A stretch of 64,000 nt of DNA from Candidatus Melainabacteria bacterium 17Bon1m (GTDB taxonomy: Bacteria; Cyanobacteriota; Vampirovibrionia; Obscuribacterales; Obscuribacteraceae), in the NCBI GenBank assembly GCA_032128875.1, contig JAVLKG010000009.1, positions 160,001 through 224,000 on the forward strand. Reading direction: 5' to 3'. Position 1 is the stretch's first letter, and every line of letters begins with the position of its first letter. The position numbers and the translations under genes are program-made. Below are positions 28,946 to 39,733 of this stretch, piece by piece. A model generated the notes under the pieces. That model saw only the letters and a program-made list of their open reading frames with translations, had not been told where the DNA came from and searched no databases.

Positions 28946-30055
28946 TTGAAGGCAATGCTTCTGGCAGCAGGCGTGGGTTCTCGCCTCGAGCCTCTGACTA
29001 CACAAGTTCCCAAACCACTCGTTCCGATTGCCAATGTGCCAGTAATGGAGCACATGCTGCGCTTATTGAAAGCGCACGGCATCGATGAGGTCTATGCCAA
29101 CCTTCATTACCTGCCGCACAAGATAACCGAGTACTTCGGCAGCGGCGACAAAGTCGGTATGAAGCTCACTTTCCGCCATGAAGAACAACTCTCGGGTGAC
29201 GCCGGTGGCGTGCGCTCGATGAAAGAACATTTGCTTGATGGCACTTTCATTGTCGTGATGGGCGATCTGCTTACTGATGCTGATTTGACGACAATCATCA
29301 AAGAACACAAAGACAAAAAGGCGCTCGCTTCTATTGCACTAAAAAAAGTAGACGATGTAACGCGTTTTGGAATTGTCGTACAAAACGAAGATGGCTTCAT
29401 CACCGGGTTTCAAGAGAAGCCTGCCGTGGAAGACGCTCTTTCCAATCTTGCCTCAACCGGTATATACATTTTAGAACCGGAGGTTTTTTCGCATATTCCT
29501 GAGACTGGTGAATTTGGATTTGGCAGACAACTGTTTCCGCAGCTTGTTGCTAAAGGCTTGCCTGTACTGGGAATTGAGATGGCGAAAGGAACATATTGGT
29601 CTGATGTAGGTGCAATTCCTCAATACCTTGAAGCAAATTTCGATGCTATTGAAGGCATTGTAAAACTTGCCGCAGATGCATGTGCCGGCGAATCGAAAAA
29701 TGGTGCGCAGCATGGTGGAAAGCCTGCTGGCGGGCGTGTTCTCGGTGCTGGAACAACTATTGATGAAACTGCAAAAATCGATGCAATTTTGATGACAGGA
29801 AAAAATTGCGAAATTGGAGCTCACGCGAAACTTTCGGGACATGTGATTCTGGGCGACAATTGCGTCGTAGAAGAAGGTGCTTCACTGACCAATTGTTTGG
29901 TGTGGGCAAATTCGAAAATCGGAAAGAGCAGCGATTTGAACAGCACCGTTGTTGCAAGTGACACCACTGTTGAGCCGAATTCGCGCCACGACAAGGCAGC
30001 GCTTGTTCCACAAAAAATCGAGCCGAAAAAACTCGCTTCGAACGGCGTTAAGTAG
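28946..30055 (+). CDS. NDP-sugar synthase (mannose-1-phosphate guanylyltransferase-like)
   Basis: LLAAGVGSRLEPLT..PKP, FQEKP, YWSDVG, C-terminal hexapeptide repeats. Confidence 0.92.
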   Translation: MKAMLLAAGVGSRLEPLTTQVPKPLVPIANVPVMEHMLRLLKAHGIDEVYANLHYLPHKITEYFGSGDKVGMKLTFRHEEQLSGDAGGVRSMKEHLLDGTFIVVMGDLLTDADLTTIIKEHKDKKALASIALKKVDDVTRFGIVVQNEDGFITGFQEKPAVEDALSNLASTGIYILEPEVFSHIPETGEFGFGRQLFPQLVAKGLPVLGIEMAKGTYWSDVGAIPQYLEANFDAIEGIVKLAADACAGESKNGAQHGGKPAGGRVLGAGTTIDETAKIDAILMTGKNCEIGAHAKLSGHVILGDNCVVEEGASLTNCLVWANSKIGKSSDLNSTVVASDTTVEPNSRHDKAALVPQKIEPKKLASNGVK

Positions 30056-30065
30056 CGAAAAGCCT

Positions 30066-30123
30066 GGGGTCGCATTGCATGCGACCAAAATCTTGATGGG
30101 CGCGTGCAACGCGCCCCCCCACG
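30066..30123. repeat. REP-like palindrome pair
   Basis: ggtcgcattgcatgcgacc and gggcgcgtgcaacgcgccccccCAC. Confidence 0.8.
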
Positions 30124-30201
30124 ATCATATAAAACAATTCGCGCGTGCCATCGAGACACGCGCAAATCAAGCTTAGAATCGGTAACTCAGATGGCTACTG
30201 A

Positions 30202-30411
30202 CTATGCTGCATTTTGCTCAGTTTGGGCAGCCTTCCAAATTTCCATCCACAACCAGTAATGGAAGGGATTGATGTCGTTTGCGTCCGTCGGTTCGTCCGG
30301 CTGCAGCAACGAGAGCCAGGTATGCGGATTTGGAAAGCGCTTCGCAAGAGAATAGCAGTCCGCCATCCAGAGAACTTGTTCTGTTTCGGTTGTATTCTGC
30401 TGCATAACCAT
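30202..30411 (-). CDS. Small Trp-rich hypothetical protein
   Basis: 69-aa ORF filling the gap, GGGGA upstream; no recognised motif. Confidence 0.5.
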   Translation of the reverse strand: MVMQQNTTETEQVLWMADCYSLAKRFPNPHTWLSLLQPDEPTDANDINPFHYWLWMEIWKAAQTEQNAA

Positions 30412-30606
30412 CGCGGCATTCCCCGTAGTAGCGAGCCAACTGGAAAAATTTCCCGTTGATTTTCCTTTGCAGGGATCGCATCAGCTGTGATGCCCCTGCA
30501 ATTAGGTAATACCCAGTTCTCAAGCAACTAAAACCGGGTCCATTTTGTCATTACACTACAAAATCGGCGTGGGATAACACTTTCGAGTGATGCCACATAG
30601 TGCCGA

Positions 30607-30957
30607 CTAGCCCGGCGGCCAGCTCATTGCACGCCCACCCAAAATATGAATATGCAGGTGGTGTACTGTTTGTCCACCATCATCACCGGTATTCACGATC
30701 AAGCGAAAACCGTTCTGCAACTGCTCCTTCACCGCTATCTCACCGGCTTTTGAAAACAAGTGTCCAATGAGCGACGTGTCTTTTACTTCCAATATATTTT
30801 TTGCATGTCGTTTTGGAATCACGAGAATGTGCGTCGGCGCTTGCGCATTGATGTCGCGAAACGCCACCAGGTGTTCGTCTTCTGCAACTAATTTTGCAGG
30901 TATCTCGCCGGCTACTATCTTGCAAAAAATGCAGTTGGGTTCTTTGTTGTCACTCAC
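30607..30957 (-). CDS. hinT: Histidine triad (HinT-type) protein
   Basis: CIFCKI, HILVIPK, GGQTVHHLHIHILGGR, WPPG end. Confidence 0.95.
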   Translation of the reverse strand: MSDNKEPNCIFCKIVAGEIPAKLVAEDEHLVAFRDINAQAPTHILVIPKRHAKNILEVKDTSLIGHLFSKAGEIAVKEQLQNGFRLIVNTGDDGGQTVHHLHIHILGGRAMSWPPG

Positions 30958-31254
30958 TGATCCGATCTCTCCAAATGTCGCGTCAATTATGGCTCAGTTT
31001 GTCCGAAATTTTCTCAACCGATCTCAACTGATATCAGTTATTCGCCACTGCATAACACCGGCAAATGCCTTGGATGGGCGTAGTCAGGGGGAATTTGTTA
31101 CTGCAAGAAAAGTAAAAGTCCAAATCGAACATAAAATAGCAATTTAAGGCTTCAGTTTATGGTAAACCTGTGTAGCTATTCGGGGCATAATGCCAAAACC
31201 GGGAGCATCCCTATATAAGTGCTTTGGGGCGTGCGTTCATAAAGGGGAGAGTAA

Positions 31255-32934
31255 ATGACCAGTGAAACCAACCTTCTGCCGCGCATGGTTACTATGCAGA
31301 AGGCTCTGTTGGCGTCTTTGCGGTTGAAAGACGTTTTGGATGCTGCAGTCTTGCAATTCGCTGAGCTGCTGGGCGGCGCCAAGGTGGCGATTTTCCTTTC
31401 CGACAACGAAAGTCTGGCACTTAAGTTGATGGCGGCGAAAGGATACTCCGATGCTTCCCTTGAGCAAATGAAGGTTTTGCCCTTCTCGGCTGAAAGCTTG
31501 CTCAAGTATGTGGTCCAAAAACGCACCCCGATTGGTGTTCAAAACCTCCAACAGGCGCCCGAGATCAGCAATCAGATTATGCGCCGCGAAGGCAGCAACG
31601 GTCAGATCGCCTTACCTCTTATCTCCGCTAACTTACTAGTAGGTGGGGTTCTCATCGAGGTCCACAATCAGACTTTCCTCAATTACATCGACTTTCTGAA
31701 AGACATCGCCGACATTGTGGCGCTGGCCATCGCTAATTCCATTCTCTTTGGACGCAGCGAGTACGAAAGAGAAAGACTGAGCACCTTGTACAAGACGTCC
31801 TGCGCCCTCTCAGGCAGTGTTCTGGAAGTGGGCGATGTGTTGCAGATTGCGGCAGACACCGCACTCATCCTTGGCAACACGACTACCTGTGCCATTCTCC
31901 TGCTCGATGCAAACAAGCAAGGTTTTCATTTGGCAGCCTTCAAAGGACTCGACGGCAGCAGCCTGGGTGATTTCGAGATGGGCACGCAGAATACTATTGC
32001 TGGCAATTGCATTCGCAGTGGCAAGACGGAATACATAGGCGACGGCGCCCGTGAGCCTTTCGGCTTGCCTAGAGCAATGGGCGGCGCGCCCTTTATGTCG
32101 GTTGTCGCGCTCCCAATGCTATATGACGGTCAACCTTTGGGCGTGCTCGAGGTTTTCTCGACCGATTCCAGAGCGTTTCACCGTGAGCAAATCGACTTGC
32201 TGGAGTCACTAACCAGTCAGGTCGCCACCGCGATGCACGTCGCCTTGACACACGAGTCAACAGCGTCTCAATCGATTTTGGATGCACACACAGGGCTCTA
32301 CAATCGCCGCCATTTTGAAGAATCACTCGCCAAGGAAACAGAGCGAGCAGGCAGGCACAAACACGAGTTTGGCTTGCTCCTGATTGACCTCGACCATTTT
32401 GCTCAGGTGAACGATCACCTCGGACAAGATAGGGGTGATGAGGCGATTAAACACGTCGCTAAAGTAATCAAAAACGCGCTGCGCGACATTGATATCGCTT
32501 GCCGTTTTGGCGGAGAAGAGTTCGCCATAATCCTGCCTGAAACACCAAGAAGCAGTGCAGCTGAGGTTGCCGAACGTTTGCGCCAGACAATTCGAAACGC
32601 TACTGCACCAGGCGTCGGCACGATTACTGTTTCAATCGGCGTATCTACTTATCCAGGCAATTCGGAGAATGCTGCCGAGCTCACTAAGTGCGCAGAGCAG
32701 GCTCTGGACATCGCCAAGTTTGAAGGTCGCGATCGTGTCAAGGAAGCAGAGACCGGCAAATACCAAGCTAGCGGACCGATTCCGTGGGAAGAGATTGCCA
32801 CCCAAGCGAAGATGTCGGTCGTCAACGAGAGACAATCCCGCTTGCAGAGCCGCTTAACGGTTGCTCCCGAATACGCCTCGTGGATGACCAAACAGCCGCA
32901 GCTCGTTAAGAAGAAAGGCCAGGGCGAGCAGTAA
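31255..32934 (+). CDS. GAF-GAF diguanylate cyclase
   Basis: Two GAF-like domains; DAHTGLYNRR, DLDHF, I-site RDID, RFGGEEF. Confidence 0.93.
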   Translation: MTSETNLLPRMVTMQKALLASLRLKDVLDAAVLQFAELLGGAKVAIFLSDNESLALKLMAAKGYSDASLEQMKVLPFSAESLLKYVVQKRTPIGVQNLQQAPEISNQIMRREGSNGQIALPLISANLLVGGVLIEVHNQTFLNYIDFLKDIADIVALAIANSILFGRSEYERERLSTLYKTSCALSGSVLEVGDVLQIAADTALILGNTTTCAILLLDANKQGFHLAAFKGLDGSSLGDFEMGTQNTIAGNCIRSGKTEYIGDGAREPFGLPRAMGGAPFMSVVALPMLYDGQPLGVLEVFSTDSRAFHREQIDLLESLTSQVATAMHVALTHESTASQSILDAHTGLYNRRHFEESLAKETERAGRHKHEFGLLLIDLDHFAQVNDHLGQDRGDEAIKHVAKVIKNALRDIDIACRFGGEEFAIILPETPRSSAAEVAERLRQTIRNATAPGVGTITVSIGVSTYPGNSENAAELTKCAEQALDIAKFEGRDRVKEAETGKYQASGPIPWEEIATQAKMSVVNERQSRLQSRLTVAPEYASWMTKQPQLVKKKGQGEQ

Positions 32935-32950
32935 GGCTACGTCGATCTAA

Positions 32951-33003
32951 GTAGGGGCGGCATATATGCCGCCCAGGCAGGGAGCCGCATGCGGCTCCCC
33001 TAC
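32951..33003. repeat. Inverted REP pair (REPIN-like)
   Basis: GTAGgggcggcatatatgccgccc...gggagccgcatgcggctcccCTAC. Confidence 0.85.
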
Positions 33004-33367
33004 AAGTTTGAACACGCACCCTTACAAGTTTGAACACGGCTCCACTTTGAATGTGGCTGTTCGGCTCAGTTCTTGACGCCCATAGAAACATCTGGGACGT
33101 GATGTTCTTTTTTGTAATAAGAAATAGCATTGGACATTTGTCTCGCAGCGGTCAGCCGGTGCGACTGTAAGTCTGAAATAGCGCCGAAAACCCTTCCAGA
33201 GTAAAGATTAAGAAAAGAGCAAAACCGGGAACCCGGCTTGATCCCATAGTTAAACTTCCAAGTAACAAGGGTGTATGCACTTCTCCCCAGAAGGGCGTGA
33301 CAACCCCTTTGAGCACACTAAGTGAGTGTTTACTCGCGATAAGAATCGAAAATTGGAGGATATACCA

Positions 33368-33679
33368 TTGGGCACTGCATCTCAGTTGAAAGTTCAATTG
33401 AAACCGCTGGCAGACCGCGTTGTGGTCAAGAAGCTTGAAGCTGAAGAAAAGACAGCGGGTGGAATAGTCCTGCCTGACACAGCTAAAGAAAAGCCCCAGC
33501 AAGGCGAAATCCTGGCTGTAGGCGCCGGTTCGCTCGACGAAAAGGGCGGTCGTAAACCGATGGAAGTCAAAGTCGGCGACAAAGTTCTTTTCGCTAAGTA
33601 CTCTGGCACCGAAGTCAAAATCGACGGCGTCGAATACTTGATTCTTGCTGAGCGCGACATCCTCGCAGTAATCGGCTAA
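33368..33679 (+). CDS. groS: Co-chaperonin GroES
   Basis: [43 protein letters not shown] before TTG. Confidence 0.97.
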   Translation: MGTASQLKVQLKPLADRVVVKKLEAEEKTAGGIVLPDTAKEKPQQGEILAVGAGSLDEKGGRKPMEVKVGDKVLFAKYSGTEVKIDGVEYLILAERDILAVIG

Positions 33680-33705
33680 TCACCGACTCGCAATCTTTAG
33701 TTTAG

Positions 33706-35391
<1,686 letters not shown>

Positions 35392-35415
35392 ATCTAATCG
35401 AAATTAGAAGAGGGG

Positions 35416-35446
35416 AAACGGAGATCTTCGGATCTCCGTTTTTCTT
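35416..35446 (+). terminator. Intrinsic terminator of groESL
   Basis: aaacggagatc-TTCG-gatctccgttt followed by a T-tract. Confidence 0.9.
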
Positions 35447-35452
35447 TGTTTT

Positions 35453-35541
35453 AGCGTGGGGGCGCGCTGCACGCGCCCGTTTTTATAGTTGCGGCATTGT
35501 ATGCGCCTTTCCAAAAATTTGGTCGCATGCAATGCGACCCC
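35453..35541. repeat. REP-like palindromes
   Basis: agcGTGGgggcgcgctgcacgcgccc and ggtcgcatgcaatgcgacccc. Confidence 0.8.
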
Positions 35542-35712
35542 TCAGAAGCCACATGCAAAAAAAAGGAGCGGTACGCAGCTCCTTTTTTAATGCCATTACG
35601 GTGTGGCGAATACTTTTCGATTTTGGTCGCACGCAATACGACCTTACTTTCTCATTACCAGGCGGTGCATGGCGTCGCCCCTGCGCTTCGACTTAGCGAA
35701 CTTTGCGCTCAG

Positions 35713-35976
35713 CTATTCTGCGAATTTTGCGCTTAGCGCTTCCAAGCGGTGATGCGTGATGTCTTTGCGCGACCGCGGTGCAAACACCGGAATCTCTTCG
35801 CGCACGTTGTCCATTACGCTCTTGTGCTCCTCACCGACAGGGGGGAGGCTAAGATGTTTGATTGCTTTCAGTCTCGTAGAAGAATGCTTAGCTGCTTCAA
35901 GGCGTTCATTTTCGCGCTCAAATTGGCCCACGAACATGTTTTTCACACCGGTAAGCCAAACCCTCAAGACTTCCAT
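35713..35976 (-). CDS. Small hypothetical protein, 87 aa
   Basis: GAGGGG RBS upstream of MEVLRV; fills the intergenic gap. Confidence 0.6.
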   Translation of the reverse strand: MEVLRVWLTGVKNMFVGQFERENERLEAAKHSSTRLKAIKHLSLPPVGEEHKSVMDNVREEIPVFAPRSRKDITHHRLEALSAKFAE

Positions 35977-36122
35977 CTTTAACCTGCGCCCCCTCTGATG
36001 AAACCGTATTACCATCCTCATGGAGACTTATGAAAGTTGTGTGAAAACGAGCCAGGCGTTATCCACCAGCGAACGCCACGGATTGGGCATATGATAGAAG
36101 CGCAAGACAGAGGTTCCGATTA

Positions 36123-38921
36123 ATGTCGGATTTTCGCAAAGTTTGCCCTCAATGCCAGAAAGTTTTCCAAGGTCAAAACGGTCTGGAGATTTTGACCGAG
36201 TGTCCGGAAGACGGCGCCGTTCTTGATTTTGAAGTCATCGATCCATTAATTGGAACCTTGCTCGCTGACCGCTATCAGGTGAATGCTTTGATTGGGCGAG
36301 GTGCGACAAGCACGGTATATGAGGCCATTGATATTGAGGAACGCATGCGCGAGGCGGGTAAAGCTGTCGCCGCGACAGCGGAGGTGCAAGCGTCCGGCGT
36401 TGAATCGACAATTGTGGCCGACCAAACTTCCACCGCCAGCAATTCGTCTGTGGCGATAAAACTCCTTCACCCTCATTTGTCCGGGGATGCGGCTGTGGTT
36501 AAGCGGCTTAGCCAGGAGGCAAAATCGCTTCGAGACTTCAACCATAAGAATGTTTTGAACGTGCAGAGCCTCGGCGTGACCCGACAAGGGCAGCCATTTC
36601 TTGTTATGGAACTCGTCAATGGGCAAAGTCTGCTCGACTTCTTGCGTCAAAATGGTGCCCTCAATAAATTTGCCTGTATGTCTATTTTCGATCAGATGCT
36701 CGATGCAATCGGCGCTGCGCATGCCCATGGTATTTTGCACAGAGACCTGAAGCCCGGCAACATCATGCTTTCATCAAAGGATGATGGTGGTTTTCTCGTC
36801 AAGATTTTGGATTTCGGAATTGCAAAAATTGTCCCACTGCAGGGGGATACTTTCTTTCGTCTGACGCAAACCGGCGAGATGATGGGAAGCCTTCTATATA
36901 TGAGTCCAGAGCAGTGCCTCGAGCAAGATTGGGATCAGCGCGGAGATATATACTCGCTCGGCTGCGTTTTCTACGAGGCGCTGACAGCGCGCGCGCCGCT
37001 AATTGGTCGCACCGCATTTGAGACCATGAACAAACACTTGAGTGAAACGCCTCCGCCACTGTCTGTGGTTCGTCCTGATATTCAGTTTGCAGTTGGAATG
37101 GAATATCTCATCAGCAAGATGCTGGCGAAAGACCCGAAGGAGCGCTATCAAACTGCTGAAGAAGTACGTGCCGACCTTAAGCGGATCGAGCAGGATAATG
37201 GTGCCAAACTTGGTCAGTCGGGCGTGGATGCCAGGACTTGCGGTTACTACCAGCTGGCTATGGCAGACAAAGAAAAACGTGAGAAAGAAAAGGTCGAGAA
37301 AATAATCGGCACCGCAGACCAATATGTGCGAAGCGATATTCTCGCTGCTAAATTGCGGGAATTCTCGCGGCAGCGGTTTTTCGAGATTGCGATCTTCCTT
37401 ATCCTGACTGTAATTTGGGCCGTACCTCTGATGTTTGCATTTGCGTCCACACCAAATGCTCTTATTGCCGCGTGCCTCTTCGGTGTTCTGCTTCCTTTTC
37501 TTGCCGCTGTGACTGCGATGGTTGTTGTGCGTTTTCCAAAGGTGCGTATGTTTAATAGGACCGCGAACTCTCTTGGAATTTCTCCTCTTAATTTCTTCAA
37601 CGCATCGAAAGCAGAAAATAGCCCGCAACTCGTCGTTGATGATGGCGCCTTACTCTTGGGGACAGAGGACAACATGCTGTCGTGGACTGTGGGCACCGGT
37701 GTACCCACAGAGATAGAACCATTTCAGCGCGTGCAAGCGTTGCCATTGCTTGTGATGGGCAAGTCAGAAACAGGCAAAACCCGCTTGCTTGCCTCGCTTG
37801 CCAGCAATGATTTAGATGATGCCAGACGAGGGCAAATAATTCTCAGTCCGGACGGCAAGCTTTCTAACCTTATTGCGCGCTGGATTGCAGCGCATCCTCA
37901 AGGTAGCGTGATGGCGCGCAGAGTGATGTTGCTTGATCTGGACTATGAGATTTCGACAGTTGGACTTGCCGATGCTGATGCATTGCAAGTTGTTGAAGAG
38001 CTTTCTGAACGCATCGTTGAAGCGATTCAAGATGCTGAGGGGGGCGGGCAGAAGGGTGCTCTGACCAATGAGCAGTTGGATGTTCTGCGCGCATCGATCT
38101 CACTTCTTTTGGCTGCGAATGAGGACCTCACTAATTTGTCCACATTCTTGACACAAGACTCGAAGAGGCGAGGTGTTTATGCGAAACTGCCACAATGGCT
38201 GGTTTCGGACACTGGTAAAGACCCGCTTGTAGCGCAGCGAAAACTATTGGAGGGGCACGTTGCCAGTGATTGGGAAGGGTTGACTCAGCCTTTGTTGGAT
38301 ATCTGCAATCGCTTTCCTCTCGAAGGAGACATTGCCACATTGAGGCTTTTCTTGCAAAAAGCATCACTTATAAGCGAGGCGATAACGAAGCGTCGCGCGA
38401 TGATCGTCAAAGGCTCCAAGCATGCTTCTCCACTTTTCTTCAGGCTTGCATTTAGCGAAATCTTGAAGGAGCGGCGTCCTTCTGCACGCTTGTCTGATGC
38501 GGAAGGCTGCCCAGTTGTCTATATTGATGATATCCATGGCTGCGGAATAGCAGGACAAATTGATCGGATATTGGGGACGCCTGCGGAGACAGGAATAGAA
38601 TTCCTGATATCGACTAAAACTCTTGCAAATTTTTCTGATGATGATGCAACTAGAATTCTTACCGAGGTCGGCGGACTTGCAGTGTTTGCTGTCAGCGATG
38701 CGGATGCGATGATGATAAAGCCACTTTACGATTCCTATTTCGAAACGAAGTCAATTACATCTCTTTCGGGGCTTTCTCCTATGACTTATTACTACTTGCC
38801 TAAAACCCCGGGAGCCAAGCCCAAACGGCTAATTGCGCCTTTCTTCGCGGAGACTCGTATAACAGAGGTAGAATGGTCGATTGTTGAGTCGATGCGGGCC
38901 GGTTGGATTTTCAACTTGTGA
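36123..38921 (+). CDS. Ser/Thr kinase, 2 TM, degenerate VirD4/TraD/HerA-like P-loop domain
   Basis: CPQC...CPEDG, GRGATS, VAIK, HRDLKPGN, DFG, SPE; two TM helices; GKSETGKT Walker A; VVYIDD Walker B-like. Confidence 0.85.
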   Translation: MSDFRKVCPQCQKVFQGQNGLEILTECPEDGAVLDFEVIDPLIGTLLADRYQVNALIGRGATSTVYEAIDIEERMREAGKAVAATAEVQASGVESTIVADQTSTASNSSVAIKLLHPHLSGDAAVVKRLSQEAKSLRDFNHKNVLNVQSLGVTRQGQPFLVMELVNGQSLLDFLRQNGALNKFACMSIFDQMLDAIGAAHAHGILHRDLKPGNIMLSSKDDGGFLVKILDFGIAKIVPLQGDTFFRLTQTGEMMGSLLYMSPEQCLEQDWDQRGDIYSLGCVFYEALTARAPLIGRTAFETMNKHLSETPPPLSVVRPDIQFAVGMEYLISKMLAKDPKERYQTAEEVRADLKRIEQDNGAKLGQSGVDARTCGYYQLAMADKEKREKEKVEKIIGTADQYVRSDILAAKLREFSRQRFFEIAIFLILTVIWAVPLMFAFASTPNALIAACLFGVLLPFLAAVTAMVVVRFPKVRMFNRTANSLGISPLNFFNASKAENSPQLVVDDGALLLGTEDNMLSWTVGTGVPTEIEPFQRVQALPLLVMGKSETGKTRLLASLASNDLDDARRGQIILSPDGKLSNLIARWIAAHPQGSVMARRVMLLDLDYEISTVGLADADALQVVEELSERIVEAIQDAEGGGQKGALTNEQLDVLRASISLLLAANEDLTNLSTFLTQDSKRRGVYAKLPQWLVSDTGKDPLVAQRKLLEGHVASDWEGLTQPLLDICNRFPLEGDIATLRLFLQKASLISEAITKRRAMIVKGSKHASPLFFRLAFSEILKERRPSARLSDAEGCPVVYIDDIHGCGIAGQIDRILGTPAETGIEFLISTKTLANFSDDDATRILTEVGGLAVFAVSDADAMMIKPLYDSYFETKSITSLSGLSPMTYYYLPKTPGAKPKRLIAPFFAETRITEVEWSIVESMRAGWIFNL

Positions 38922-38951
38922 TTACATTGAAACTGAAAGGACATGCGAAGT

Positions 38952-38976
38952 GTAGGGACGATGCCATGCGTCGCCC
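38952..38976 (+). repeat. REP-like palindrome
   Basis: GTAGggacgatgccatgcgtcgccc. Confidence 0.65.
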
Positions 38977-38989
38977 GGGTTTGCTATGG

Positions 38990-39733
38990 ATGGAATGCAC
39001 TAAGCTTTTGAATAAGTATTTTTTCGACAGTTCAATATTCTTGAGCGCGATCCTTTTGTGCTCGACTCTCATTCTTGTTTTAAATAATGCCGCACATGCT
39101 CAAAGCGCAAATCAGGCTCAGAGACAGGCAGCGCGAGAGGCTCGACAGCTTGCGGATTCAGAGTTGTATGAGCAAATGGAACGCGTCTCGCGTTGGATGG
39201 ATCAATATGCGACTTGGAATCAGAAGTTTCCCGATCCTGGTGATGAAACAAATTGGGCGCGTCAGCAAATGAATGCGCTTGTTCCGAACAATCCATATTC
39301 CGGTGACAAATTACAACTGATGGCTGGGCTCGATGCGGAGCCGCAATATGCCGACCCATCTAACTCTCCGGATTCCTACGGTGTGAGTCCCGGAATGAGC
39401 AGTGCCGCATTGCAGGAGTCGACATCCGCGAATCAGGTCAATGAAAATGAAGATGACGGGCAAGTCGATACTGATACCAGCGCTGATTTAAATCGCGTTT
39501 GGCTCACGTATGATCCATCGCTGAATGAGAATATGGCCCAGGAATATCTCACCCAACCTCCGCAAGATTGGAGCGGAAATCCGGGCTCTATAAATGTCGT
39601 GAGCAACAATCAAAACCTGATCGTGATCTGGGGCGCAGGCGCAAACGGTCGTCCAATCAGGTTTCCTGGCTCGACAAAAACGCGCCTAATCATTGGGCGA
39701 TACAAACTTCTGTACGGACAATCTTCTTATTAG
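38990..39733 (+). CDS. Secreted hypothetical protein (start uncertain)
   Basis: Hydrophobic segment ending AHA-Q; start placed after the REP. Confidence 0.7.
   Translation: MECTKLLNKYFFDSSIFLSAILLCSTLILVLNNAAHAQSANQAQRQAAREARQLADSELYEQMERVSRWMDQYATWNQKFPDPGDETNWARQQMNALVPNNPYSGDKLQLMAGLDAEPQYADPSNSPDSYGVSPGMSSAALQESTSANQVNENEDDGQVDTDTSADLNRVWLTYDPSLNENMAQEYLTQPPQDWSGNPGSINVVSNNQNLIVIWGAGANGRPIRFPGSTKTRLIIGRYKLLYGQSSY

Noticed and set aside
33310..33332. Canonical CIRCE element
   Set aside because: The spacer is 5 bp rather than 9 bp and both arms have mismatches; kept only as a weak finding.
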